Of a stretch of 64,000 bases of DNA, positions 55,825-64,000 are shown piece by piece. The stretch lies in IMG/VR virus record IMGVR_UViG_3300030397_000298, one strand, 5' to 3'. Below the pieces are notes generated by a model. The model ran no database searches. It was not told the origin of the DNA and worked only from the letters and a program-made list of their open reading frames with translations. A program made the translations under genes and the position numbers. Source of the stretch: a virus. How positions within the stretch are numbered: position 1 is the first letter of the stretch; every line of letters begins with the position of its first letter.

Positions 55825-56680
55825 ACTTAATAGGATCGAAGGGGAACCGTTTGTAATTAACTTTCCCTATGCCCTGGACCAGGTACCACTAAATAATACA
55901 ATTGCATTTAGGGTAATGGATAAGCACCTGATACAGTGGATGCTTAGAAAGATCGATGATAAAACTTTGATCAGGGATCGTAACTATTGTATTTATTTGT
56001 GTGCCCGATGTATCGAAGAGTTCTTAGAAATAGATCTGATCGATGAAATAGGTTTAGACGTGTCCGATTTGTTAGATGATAACGGCGAATTACTACCGGA
56101 AGTTTTAGAAAGGCACGTTAAGAATAGAAGTGAAAAATTCACTGTTACCAATTATGATACATTGGAAGACAGCCTATTTACAATCTACAGATTTATAAAT
56201 AATCTACTTCTTTCTTACAAATTCAGGTATAAGGATAAGGCTAATTTTAGATTTCCCTGGAAGGGTAGGATATGGGAAATCCCATATGTGATTAAAGTTC
56301 TATTTTCAGGTAAGCGGGTATTTTCTAAATTTGATATTCAGCAGACAGTAGAAATACTTCATGTAAAAAAGTTACTGAAGGATCAGTACCCAGATTCTAA
56401 AATTACTGAAGACAATCTACAAGATTACATGGATACCCATTTTTCAGTATTCCTAAAAATCATTTCATTGACTGTCTGGGAATATAATGTACCGATGCCT
56501 AAAGATGATGAAGCACTATCTAATATGTGTGAAGAAAGATCAGATCTATTTGCAGATATAGATACCCAATTAGCCTGGGACATCGGTTTTTTTTTGAAAA
56601 CTACTATTCAGAATTATCACGGAACGATGAATATACTCACTGGTTTAATCCCCCACAGCACAAAGTCAGTGACGAACTAA
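55814..56680 (+). CDS. Tail assembly chaperone (G-like)
   Basis: Contains slippery GGT TTT TTT TTG at 56585-56596 encoding GFFL. Confidence 0.65.
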   Translation: MQIKLNRIEGEPFVINFPYALDQVPLNNTIAFRVMDKHLIQWMLRKIDDKTLIRDRNYCIYLCARCIEEFLEIDLIDEIGLDVSDLLDDNGELLPEVLERHVKNRSEKFTVTNYDTLEDSLFTIYRFINNLLLSYKFRYKDKANFRFPWKGRIWEIPYVIKVLFSGKRVFSKFDIQQTVEILHVKKLLKDQYPDSKITEDNLQDYMDTHFSVFLKIISLTVWEYNVPMPKDDEALSNMCEERSDLFADIDTQLAWDIGFFLKTTIQNYHGTMNILTGLIPHSTKSVTN

Positions 56681-56850
56681 AAGAATTTAACGATAAGGTT
56701 TGGCGTCTTACCGGCTACAGATCGATGTATACTAGACTTATGAAAACTAGAGCTTTTGACGGATTAGAAAATACACCACTTAGAAGTGTGAAGGCAGCGG
56801 ATACAGCCGAAGCCCTTAGAATTTTATCATTATCGAATGCAGGGCTATGA
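56587..56850 (+). CDS. -1 frameshift extension of tail chaperone (GT-like)
   Basis: -1 frame FFENYYSELSRND...LSLSNAGL* is open to TGA 56848-56850, which overlaps ATG 56847. Confidence 0.75.
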   Translation, partial: FFFENYYSELSRNDEYTHWFNPPQHKVSDELKEFNDKVWRLTGYRSMYTRLMKTRAFDGLENTPLRSVKAADTAEALRILSLSNAGL

Positions 56851-57197
56851 AAAAGAAAGTAGCGAAAATGATAAAAAGACAGGCTGATCTATACGCTATA
56901 GCTTTGTGTGAGAGTAAAAGGAACAAATACGTTAAGGGTAAGTATTTGATAGAAGTTCTAGGAATGAAGACGGGCGAAGATGGGGAAGCACTACAGCCCA
57001 ATAAGCGATATAAAATAGGTGGTGAAACCAAAGTAGTAGAAGTCAATCATTACAATAAATTGAAATCTTTCTATAATAAATTCGGGATTCATAATTACAT
57101 TCCTGAATATGAAAAATGGCTGAAATTTAATGAAGGGGTAATGAGAAAGAAGTACCCTAAATTGTACAAAAAACAGATAGAGCATGTCAACAATTAA
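56847..57197 (+). CDS. Hypothetical protein
   Basis: Basic 116 aa ORF coupled to neighbours. Confidence 0.65.
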   Translation: MKKKVAKMIKRQADLYAIALCESKRNKYVKGKYLIEVLGMKTGEDGEALQPNKRYKIGGETKVVEVNHYNKLKSFYNKFGIHNYIPEYEKWLKFNEGVMRKKYPKLYKKQIEHVNN

Positions 57198-57930
57198 TAT
57201 ACTTAACGCTATACAGCTTACCGATTACTTCAGGGTGTTTTACGAGTTCGTCCAGTACTACCCTGTACATGATGAAAAATGTAAGCGACTTCATACCTGG
57301 GCAGCCCTAGAAAACATGTCAGATTTGAACGCTGAAAATCTAGCGAAGGTGCCACTAGAAAGGGAAAAGGTTTACTTCTATTCTAGATCCTGGGCTAAGT
57401 CAGAATTTAATCCATCAAATGTTACTTTTGATTATCCCGTAATGGTAGCTGTAGAAGAAGATATACCTTTAGACGGGTTTCTGATGGATGGGCCTATGAA
57501 GACCTGTTATAATCTAAATATAGCCTTCCTGGATAAGTTCGATGAAGCATGTTCTAAGAAGGGGACCGGCTGTACTGATTGTGCTAAACGAAACAGATAT
57601 GAAATTTATAGGGATACTGAAATATTCCTACGGGTATTTGAATCATACTTACGTGGCCTGGTAATAACTACCACCGGCGTACTTATAAATCAGGCGGTGA
57701 ATCAGCTTTTAAATAATGTGGATGTAGACACCGTTAAAACTAGGCAATTCAAAAAAATGCTTAGGGATCATATTAATGTAGAAAGTGCGATCAGATGGGA
57801 AGGCGGTAAGGATGATTTAGTAGGTATATTTATTCCTATTCGATTGTGTGTGAAGACATGCGAAGAGTTTGTTTATGACCCCAAAGAATCTAATTTGACA
57901 ATCGGGATAGATAAAAATTGCTGCGATTAG
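57184..57930 (+). CDS. Putative tail terminator/completion protein
   Basis: Position; YPVMVAVE...YNLNIAFLD...DDLVGIFIPIRL pattern. Confidence 0.55.
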   Translation: MSTINILNAIQLTDYFRVFYEFVQYYPVHDEKCKRLHTWAALENMSDLNAENLAKVPLEREKVYFYSRSWAKSEFNPSNVTFDYPVMVAVEEDIPLDGFLMDGPMKTCYNLNIAFLDKFDEACSKKGTGCTDCAKRNRYEIYRDTEIFLRVFESYLRGLVITTTGVLINQAVNQLLNNVDVDTVKTRQFKKMLRDHINVESAIRWEGGKDDLVGIFIPIRLCVKTCEEFVYDPKESNLTIGIDKNCCD

Positions 57931-58139
57931 AATATTATTGTGATAATAAAAGGCACCTAGTTTGTGTTCCTTATTCTATTTCAAATCTTCATGCAATGGC
58001 AAAGGATTTGAATATAAAAAGATGTTGGTTTCATAAAGATCATTATGATATTCCAAAATTGAGAATTGAAGAAATTACAAAAAAATGTACCCTGGTAGGA
58101 TCTAGGGAGATTGTAAAAATAATTAGAAATGGATCTTAA
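57918..58139 (+). CDS. DUF4031-like small protein
   Basis: LHAMAKDLNIKRCWFHKDHYDIP. Confidence 0.7.
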   Translation: MLRLEYYCDNKRHLVCVPYSISNLHAMAKDLNIKRCWFHKDHYDIPKLRIEEITKKCTLVGSREIVKIIRNGS

Positions 58140-58266
58140 AAAATGGAAAGTAGAATATGACTTAGACGGCGTACCAAAGTTTAAAACCGTATACGCTTAT
58201 ACTGAAGGGGAAGCAAAATTAAATATTGTATATTCCAATTATATAAAAGCAACTGAAATTAATTAA
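58129..58266 (+). CDS. Small hypothetical protein (45 aa, not in ORF track)
   Basis: MDLKKWKVEYDLDG...VYAYTEGEAK; fills the gap. Confidence 0.5.
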   Translation: MDLKKWKVEYDLDGVPKFKTVYAYTEGEAKLNIVYSNYIKATEIN

Positions 58267-58267
58267 G

Positions 58268-58519
58268 ATGACAAAGAAAGAAATAACCACCCATCTACTA
58301 GCTGCAATGATCAGAAGCCCGTACTATTCAATTACGGTTACTGAACCAGATGTAGTAGAAGACAGTGCCGGTACCCATGTGAAGACGGCTAGTAATGAAT
58401 ACATTTTATTCAATAGTCAAAAGCATCAGGGAAGGAAAAGATTTAAGGTTCCAAATCCTGAAAAGATATTCGCACGGGAAGCCGTAAGTATGGCTGAAGT
58501 AGTTGACGCTATAGAATGA
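58268..58519 (+). CDS. Hypothetical protein
   Basis: ORF coupled to downstream gene. Confidence 0.6.
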   Translation: MTKKEITTHLLAAMIRSPYYSITVTEPDVVEDSAGTHVKTASNEYILFNSQKHQGRKRFKVPNPEKIFAREAVSMAEVVDAIE

Positions 58520-59088
58520 GCGAATTTCAAAAACGATATGAAAGTAGGGTAGTAGGTAATTTGACATTAGCTATTAACTTACTTAAGCTAGAGCTTCAGA
58601 CCAAATTAGAAAAGCAGGGGCACGGTAGGAAGCAGACTAGTAAGCTGATTTCAGGTATTGAAACTGAAGTTAGGGTTATGGCTTTCGGGGCCGTAGCTGA
58701 TTTATTTTTAGAAGATTACTATATCTTCCTGGAAAAGGGCGTAAGTGCTTCTAAGATCCCATTTAACCCAGGCAGCGGTAGAAGAACATCAAAGTATATT
58801 GAAGCCCTGAAGATGTTCTTCAGACGTAAAGGCCTGGGTACCAAAGAAGCGAAAAGGGCAGCGTTCGCCACTGCAAACAAACACAAAAAAGAAGGGATGC
58901 CTACCCGTGCATCTTTCCGGTTTTCGACCGATGGAACTAGACTAAATTTCTTTTCATCTACCCTTAATGAATTGGAAGACAAGCTGATAGAACTTATCAC
59001 AGATGGGGTTAACGAATCTGTGGAACTTGCATTTAACGCAATCTTTGATGATGCAGTTAAAAAGTTTGACTTCACTTTTGTAGGATAG
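58516..59088 (+). CDS. Neck/tail completion protein (HK97 gp10-like)
   Basis: SKLISGI...EDYYIFLEKGV...AFATANKHKKEG...NFFSSTL. Confidence 0.7.
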   Translation: MSEFQKRYESRVVGNLTLAINLLKLELQTKLEKQGHGRKQTSKLISGIETEVRVMAFGAVADLFLEDYYIFLEKGVSASKIPFNPGSGRRTSKYIEALKMFFRRKGLGTKEAKRAAFATANKHKKEGMPTRASFRFSTDGTRLNFFSSTLNELEDKLIELITDGVNESVELAFNAIFDDAVKKFDFTFVG

Positions 59089-59149
59089 TACATATTCATT
59101 ATTTTTATCATTCATTACTTAGGCCGCTGGAATCGGTCAATTACCTCTT

Positions 59150-59193
59150 TTAAGAAGGGGGGATAGGCTTACCACCATTGAACCCCTTTTTAA
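59150..59193 (+). other. 11-bp RNA hairpin 10 nt upstream of the tape measure start
   Basis: TTAAGAAGGGG/CCCCTTTTTAA. Confidence 0.55.
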
Positions 59194-59202
59194 TTTCCGA
59201 TT

Positions 59203-62200
59203 ATGACTAAGAAGCTAGCATTTTCATTAGAAGTTACGAACGCTGAAGAGCTAGGTAAGCTAGGTGAAGTAGAAGTTAAGCTGAAGGGTATAGGTACCGA
59301 ACTTAACCAGGTCAAAAAGGATATAATAGAGTTCAATAATGCTACTGAAGAACAGCAGCGGGAACTAACCGAATCAGGAAAGGGTATCGATGCCCTGACA
59401 GCAAAATACACATCTCTAAAAGGCGAACAATTAGAATTACGTGAAGAAGGTAAGCGGCTGAATACTCTTCTAAGACAGCAAGCTAAAGACTTTGACAGGG
59501 TAAAGGAAGGCGTACCCGATGATTCATTAATAGGACTTCGTAGACGATATGAACAGCTAAGACGTGAAATAGATGTCCTTAGTACCGAAGCCAGACAATT
59601 ACCTGAAAACATACAGAAGATTGAAGAAGCCGAACGGGTTAAAAGTTCAATTGATGCCATAGGTGCTTCTGTCAAAGATTTCAGATCCCAGGTAGGATCT
59701 TACAGGGAAGCTATTCTAGATGTTTTCAATATTATAAAAGGACAGGGCAGCGGGGGCGGTGCAAGTATCACAGGTATCATAGATCCAATTGCAAATATTC
59801 TAGGGGGTGGTATTCCTGGACTAGGCGGGGGCGGTGGTGCAGCTAGTGGTATAATTGGAACGCTTCAGGAAGTTGTAAGTTTCCTAGGTCCAGGGGGTGT
59901 ATTTGTAAGTGGTCTAATTGCCGGTGGTGCAGCGGTAGCAAACTATGTATCAGATGTAACTACAGAATTTGAAAGGCTGTTCGATTTGACAGGCGATATT
60001 ACAAATTTGACCGGAACCGATTTAAGAGAAACTACAGCAGAAATTAAAGCCTTATCTGATACCTTCGATGCTGATTATAATGAAATTCTATTTGCAGCTA
60101 ACGCACTTACAAAATCCTATTCAGATCAAAATGTAGAATTTGCTGATTCTTTGAAATTGATTGAACAGGGCTTCATAGCTTCAGCCGGTGCAAATGATAA
60201 CTTCTTAGATCAGCTTCAGGAATACGCTGTACAGGCCGCCGAAACTGGAATTACCCAGGAACAGTTATTAGAAATTCTAATTAGAAGTACCCAGGAAGGT
60301 ATATTCAGTGATAAGGGTATAGATCTGATCAAAGAAGGCGGGCTAAGAATCAGAGAAGAAACAACGGCTACCAGGGAAGCTTTAACCGATGCTTTCGGTA
60401 GCGATTTTACAGATAGAATTTTGACCGGTGTACGGGAAGGTACCTTAACTTCATTCGAAGCACTACAGGAAGTATCTAACGCTCTAGATGAATTTGGTGT
60501 AGATGTCCAGGAAAGGCAGCAGGTCATAGCGGACCTATTCGCGGGACCAGGGGAAGACGGCACACAGCTAATTGAAATCATCCAAAGTATAGACGGTGAA
60601 TTAGACGATTTGATAGATACCACCAATGCATACACCCAAAGGCAGCTAGCACAGCTAGAAGCTAATAGAAGACTATCTGAACAGCAGTCTATCCTAGCTG
60701 CACAGTTCGCCGGTGTGGGTGTAAGTCTAGAAGGCCTGGGAACTAGAATAGGTGCCTTCTTCACTGAAGTACTGAACGAAACAATTCTAGGAGTGCGGGC
60801 GATAGCTGAACTTATAGAAGACGGTGATTTCTTCGGGGCGTTCGATCCTGCTAAACGATCATTGGCAATTGCAGAAATCCGTAGACAGGATGATGAAGCA
60901 TTACGCCAAATAGAAGAAGGTGAACGTAAGACACGGGAAGCCTTCGAGCTATCAGCAGAAGCAGGGGAAGAAGGAATAGACAATCTACGGGCAGCACAGC
61001 AGCGACTACAAAAAGAAATCCAGGAAGCCCGCCTAACCGATCAGGATACAGCCGAACTAGAAGCTAGACTTTTACGGGTTACTGAATTGATTACCAAAGT
61101 CACAGAAGACGCCGTAGAAAGGGTTAAAGAGATCGGACCGGCTAAGGGTAGTGTAGATCAGCTATCAGAAAGCGTATCCAATCTATCTGAACAATTGAAT
61201 AAGCTAGATCCTGATTCACAGGCAGCAGAACGGGTAGCGGCCCGTCTAGTGACAGCACAGGAAGAACTAGCAGCAGCGCAGGAAAGACTAGACAGCCTAC
61301 TAACCTTTGAAACCGATGAAGATCGTGTTTCTAGAGAACAGGACCAATTAGCCACTATACAGGCTATACGGGAAAACTTCGCACGGGCACAGATACAAGA
61401 CGCTGAAGCATTATCATTGGAGCTAGCTAGAATAGCCACAGAATCACAAATAGAGATTCTACAGAAGGGGCAGGAACTTCTAGACGAATCAGACGAAGAG
61501 TTTAAGCAGACCGTAGAAAAGATCAAAGCGGAAACGGCCAAACTAGAAGACATTAACCTGAAGATACGGGTAGAAGCAACTGAAAACACCATTACCCAGG
61601 CAGAAGCCATAGCTACCGAAATAGCCAATAGAGTAGCAGACAGTGAAGAAGAGCTACAGAACCGTCTAGAAATCATACAACTAGATGCACAGGCTAAACG
61701 TATCCAGAACCGTCTAGATAATGAAGAGTTAGCCAATGAAGAAAGAATAGCCTTAGAAAGAAATCTACAGGAAACCTTAGATGAATTTGCAGACGCTTCT
61801 ACCAGGCTAAGACTAGACTTTGATAACCAATTAATAGAAAACAGGGAAGAGACAGCCCAAAGGCTATTAGAACTGAATGAAGAGATTCTAGGTATCGATC
61901 CTACCGATGAAGGGGCAGTAGATAGAATACGTGAAATAGAAGACCAGAAGACCGAAGCACGTATAGAAGGACAGATAGCCAGGTTAGAACTAGAAAAGGA
62001 ACTTCTAGAAGAACAGAACGAATCTACCTTAGAAATCGAAAATGAATTAGTAGAAGCTAAGTTAGAACTGAATCAGCTAAAGAACGATGAATTAATAAAG
62101 CAGGAAGAAGCCAGGGTAGCCAGGGAAAAGCAGTTAAATGATGATCTACGTAGAAACGCCGAACAGACAGCCGGTTCTATCGGCGAAGCGTTCGGGGAAT

Positions 62201-63021
62201 TTATAGCATCTAATGAACAGGATATACAAGACTTCAGCCAAAGGCTTAACGCATTACTGATAGAAGGCGTACAGAATGCTATAACACTTCTAGCACCGGA
62301 AATCATAGGACGGGCTGTAGCGTTACTAGGCCCGATCTTTGGACCACCGGCGGGAGCAGCAGCGGTAGGCGTAGTCAGGGGGCTATTATCATCAGCGATA
62401 GCGGCACAAACAGGGGAAGAAGGTATGATAGTCGAGTATCTAGAGAAGGGCACGGGTTCTAGAAAGTCCTTCACTACCAGACGGGCAGGGGATCTAGCGA
62501 ATAACACCCCTGGTAATCCTAAGTTGGGCGCAATAGTGAAGGGACGTACACATAAGGAAGGGGGCGAACATTTCTATACTGTAGACAGCCTGGGTAGAAT
62601 AGGCCTGAAGGAACTAGAAAGGGATGAAGGCGTAGTTAAGGCTACATCTATGAAGAAGTGGGCGGGCCTGGTATCAGCGATCAATGAAGACACGGGCGGG
62701 GTAGCGTTATCTTCTGATAGTTCTAGATGGAAGCAGCTACTACTAAGCCTAGAAACTTTCCAGGATGGGGGACCATTAGCGAACAGTACGATAGTGTCAC
62801 AGGCACCCCAATTAGTGAACCCATCCACTACCATATTACAACCCAAAGCAGAATTTACCGAAGAGAATATAAACATGATCAGCGAAGGCGTAGGGACATC
62901 AGTACAGACGGCCCTAGAAGAGTTTCTACCTACTATGGTTCCTGAACTAGTGGACGGCCTGGATAAGGCTAACAGGATTAAGGAAAGATTCGCTGAAGGT
63001 GATACAGACAGTCAAGTATAA
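59203..63021 (+). CDS. Tail tape measure protein, 1272 aa
   Basis: Long coiled coil, Gly-rich hydrophobic stretch, DNFLDQLQEY..GIFSDKGIDLIKE core, C-terminal GRTHKEGG/FQDGG. Confidence 0.92.
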   Translation: MTKKLAFSLEVTNAEELGKLGEVEVKLKGIGTELNQVKKDIIEFNNATEEQQRELTESGKGIDALTAKYTSLKGEQLELREEGKRLNTLLRQQAKDFDRVKEGVPDDSLIGLRRRYEQLRREIDVLSTEARQLPENIQKIEEAERVKSSIDAIGASVKDFRSQVGSYREAILDVFNIIKGQGSGGGASITGIIDPIANILGGGIPGLGGGGGAASGIIGTLQEVVSFLGPGGVFVSGLIAGGAAVANYVSDVTTEFERLFDLTGDITNLTGTDLRETTAEIKALSDTFDADYNEILFAANALTKSYSDQNVEFADSLKLIEQGFIASAGANDNFLDQLQEYAVQAAETGITQEQLLEILIRSTQEGIFSDKGIDLIKEGGLRIREETTATREALTDAFGSDFTDRILTGVREGTLTSFEALQEVSNALDEFGVDVQERQQVIADLFAGPGEDGTQLIEIIQSIDGELDDLIDTTNAYTQRQLAQLEANRRLSEQQSILAAQFAGVGVSLEGLGTRIGAFFTEVLNETILGVRAIAELIEDGDFFGAFDPAKRSLAIAEIRRQDDEALRQIEEGERKTREAFELSAEAGEEGIDNLRAAQQRLQKEIQEARLTDQDTAELEARLLRVTELITKVTEDAVERVKEIGPAKGSVDQLSESVSNLSEQLNKLDPDSQAAERVAARLVTAQEELAAAQERLDSLLTFETDEDRVSREQDQLATIQAIRENFARAQIQDAEALSLELARIATESQIEILQKGQELLDESDEEFKQTVEKIKAETAKLEDINLKIRVEATENTITQAEAIATEIANRVADSEEELQNRLEIIQLDAQAKRIQNRLDNEELANEERIALERNLQETLDEFADASTRLRLDFDNQLIENREETAQRLLELNEEILGIDPTDEGAVDRIREIEDQKTEARIEGQIARLELEKELLEEQNESTLEIENELVEAKLELNQLKNDELIKQEEARVAREKQLNDDLRRNAEQTAGSIGEAFGEFIASNEQDIQDFSQRLNALLIEGVQNAITLLAPEIIGRAVALLGPIFGPPAGAAAVGVVRGLLSSAIAAQTGEEGMIVEYLEKGTGSRKSFTTRRAGDLANNTPGNPKLGAIVKGRTHKEGGEHFYTVDSLGRIGLKELERDEGVVKATSMKKWAGLVSAINEDTGGVALSSDSSRWKQLLLSLETFQDGGPLANSTIVSQAPQLVNPSTTILQPKAEFTEENINMISEGVGTSVQTALEEFLPTMVPELVDGLDKANRIKERFAEGDTDSQV

Positions 63022-63025
63022 CGAT

Positions 63026-63157
63026 ATGCCAAAATCATTACTATTAACACTTCTACTATCTACGGGCCTGTGGTTCATGCCATGCGTAACCAGGATAGAA
63101 TTACTGAAGATGAAAGAAGTGCCGGTAGCAGTGAAGCGGAATAGAAAAAGAAAGTGA
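63026..63157 (+). CDS. Small hydrophobic/basic peptide (43 aa, not in ORF track)
   Basis: MPKSLLLTLLLSTGLWFMPC...KRNRKRK*; TGA overlaps GTG 63154. Confidence 0.45.
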   Translation: MPKSLLLTLLLSTGLWFMPCVTRIELLKMKEVPVAVKRNRKRK

Positions 63158-63501
63158 TACAGAATAAACCGGAATATTCCGGCTATACATTAATACATAC
63201 AGATATGTTTTATTTAAGAACGATTTCGAAACTTGGTCAACAGAACCAGGAAATAGGTAGACGGTACAGGATTATAGATACCGATGCCTACGAAGCACAG
63301 GTTAACATGTTATTTGACGATTTGCAGAAACACGGGTGTAATGGAGATCCCATATTATACGAGCGCGAAAATGTACGGGCTTATATAATTCCTGATGGGG
63401 CCGATCTTTCAGCTATACCCATCTTCAAAACAGATGAAGATAACAAGTTACTGAAGTACTACATTATGACAGATTCAGGTAGAACCTACGATAGGATATA
63501 A
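63154..63501 (+). CDS. Hypothetical protein
   Basis: 115 aa ORF; IMTDSGRTYDRI ending. Confidence 0.65.
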   Translation: MIQNKPEYSGYTLIHTDMFYLRTISKLGQQNQEIGRRYRIIDTDAYEAQVNMLFDDLQKHGCNGDPILYERENVRAYIIPDGADLSAIPIFKTDEDNKLLKYYIMTDSGRTYDRI

Positions 63502-63566
63502 TCGGAGATTCTTAGCACGGAACAGGGGGTACCAGGTACGGCCCCCTGCTTCCCATAATTTAGAAA

Positions 63567-63767
63567 ATGGTACCTTATAAATTGACCCGTACACAATTGG
63601 AAATAGCGAAACAAATAGCTTCAGGTATGACGTGTCAAAAGATAGCAGATCAAAGATTCAGAGCCTTAAGGACCATAGAAGCCCATGCTTCCCAGATCAG
63701 GGATAGGACGTATTCGGAAACCATGCCAGAAGCCATATACAAATTAACTAAAGCACAATTGATATGA
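63567..63767 (+). CDS. LuxR/GerE-type HTH protein
   Basis: LTRTQLEIAKQIASGMTCQKIADQRFRALRTIEAHASQIRDR. Confidence 0.85.
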   Translation: MVPYKLTRTQLEIAKQIASGMTCQKIADQRFRALRTIEAHASQIRDRTYSETMPEAIYKLTKAQLI

Positions 63768-63925
63768 ACAGGAAGAACACTACCACAACTGTAATAGGCG
63801 TCATTGTAACGATCCTGGTACTATTGGGTATGACCATGTGCCCACCTTCAAACATCCCAGACGATGACGTAGAAACGGGCAGTAATACCGGTATCCATAG
63901 TGAGTTCGAAAGGCACGGGGAATAG
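63764..63925 (+). CDS. Small membrane-anchored peptide / possible lipoprotein (53 aa, not in ORF track)
   Basis: MNRKNTTTTVIGVIVTILVLLGMTM|CPPSNIPDDDVE; ATGA coupling. Confidence 0.55.
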   Translation: MNRKNTTTTVIGVIVTILVLLGMTMCPPSNIPDDDVETGSNTGIHSEFERHGE

Positions 63926-63950
63926 GTACGTATAATTCTTTTATTAATAA

Positions 63951-63967
63951 ATAAAAGATTACATTTG
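63951..63967 (+). promoter_or_regulatory. Promoter ATAAAAGATTACATTTG, likely leaderless
   Basis: Perfect TAnnTTTG at 63960-63967, ending 5 nt before ATG 63973. Confidence 0.7.
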
Positions 63968-63972
63968 TTCCT

Positions 63973-64000
63973 ATGAAAGAATTAGAAATAGGGCGTGTCT
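63973..64000 (+). CDS. Partial CDS (3' truncated by window edge)
   Basis: MKELEIGRV... directly after the promoter. Confidence 0.5.

Noticed and set aside
180-62876. All minus-strand ORFs in the track (for example 180-683, 17233-17805, 37294-37695, 60216-60983, 61158-61736)
   Set aside because: Each lies antisense to a well-supported plus-strand gene, has Ser-rich shadow composition and no motif
62727-62945. Plus-strand ORF nested in the tape measure gene
   Set aside because: Out-of-frame shadow, no motif
1-64000. tRNA genes, integrase/att sites, reverse transcriptase/DGR, PurZ or queuosine-type base-modification genes
   Set aside because: No T-loop/D-loop consensus in intergenic gaps and none of the diagnostic protein motifs seen; they could lie outside the window
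1-64000. Stop-codon reassignment
   Set aside because: Genes are full length and tightly coupled under the standard code, with TAA, TAG and TGA all used as stops

Overview
The window is a large part of an AT-rich tailed dsDNA phage genome, truncated at both ends. It is siphovirus-like: tape measure, G/GT chaperone frameshift, no sheath. All credible genes lie on the + strand. I see no integrase, tRNA or CRISPR array. A Bacteroidota host is inferred from TAnnTTTG-type -7 promoters, no obvious Shine-Dalgarno sites, Gln-at-+1 signal peptides, and SdrD-B/SprB-like repeats. Layout: small accessory genes (1-8.3 kb); tail tip plus a lipoprotein adhesin (8.3-15 kb); protease, scaffold, capsid, tail tube, portal (16.3-21.6 kb); fibre-like and exported proteins (22.8-30.2 kb); holin-like genes plus a matrixin metalloprotease (30.3-31.8 kb); Spo11/TopoVI-A-like protein and sulfotransferase (32-34 kb); replication/recombination genes (34.4-51 kb: DnaB, MTase, iterons, primase, SF2 helicase, PolA, SSB, SbcCD); amidase and terminase (52.7-55.3 kb); tail chaperone, completion genes and tape measure (55.8-63 kb). 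The most striking signal is a set of host-exported phage proteins inside the virion module: lipoproteins and Sec substrates, two dense in Bacteroidota O-glycosylation sequons. Several carry a P-[S/A]-[N/E]-[L/M/I] motif near their membrane anchor, matching the canonical MMP cleavage consensus, while an MMP-like protease sits in the endolysin slot next to the holin. This suggests a possible phage-encoded ectodomain-shedding system (hypothesis). All family calls come from motif recognition by eye; no database search was run.
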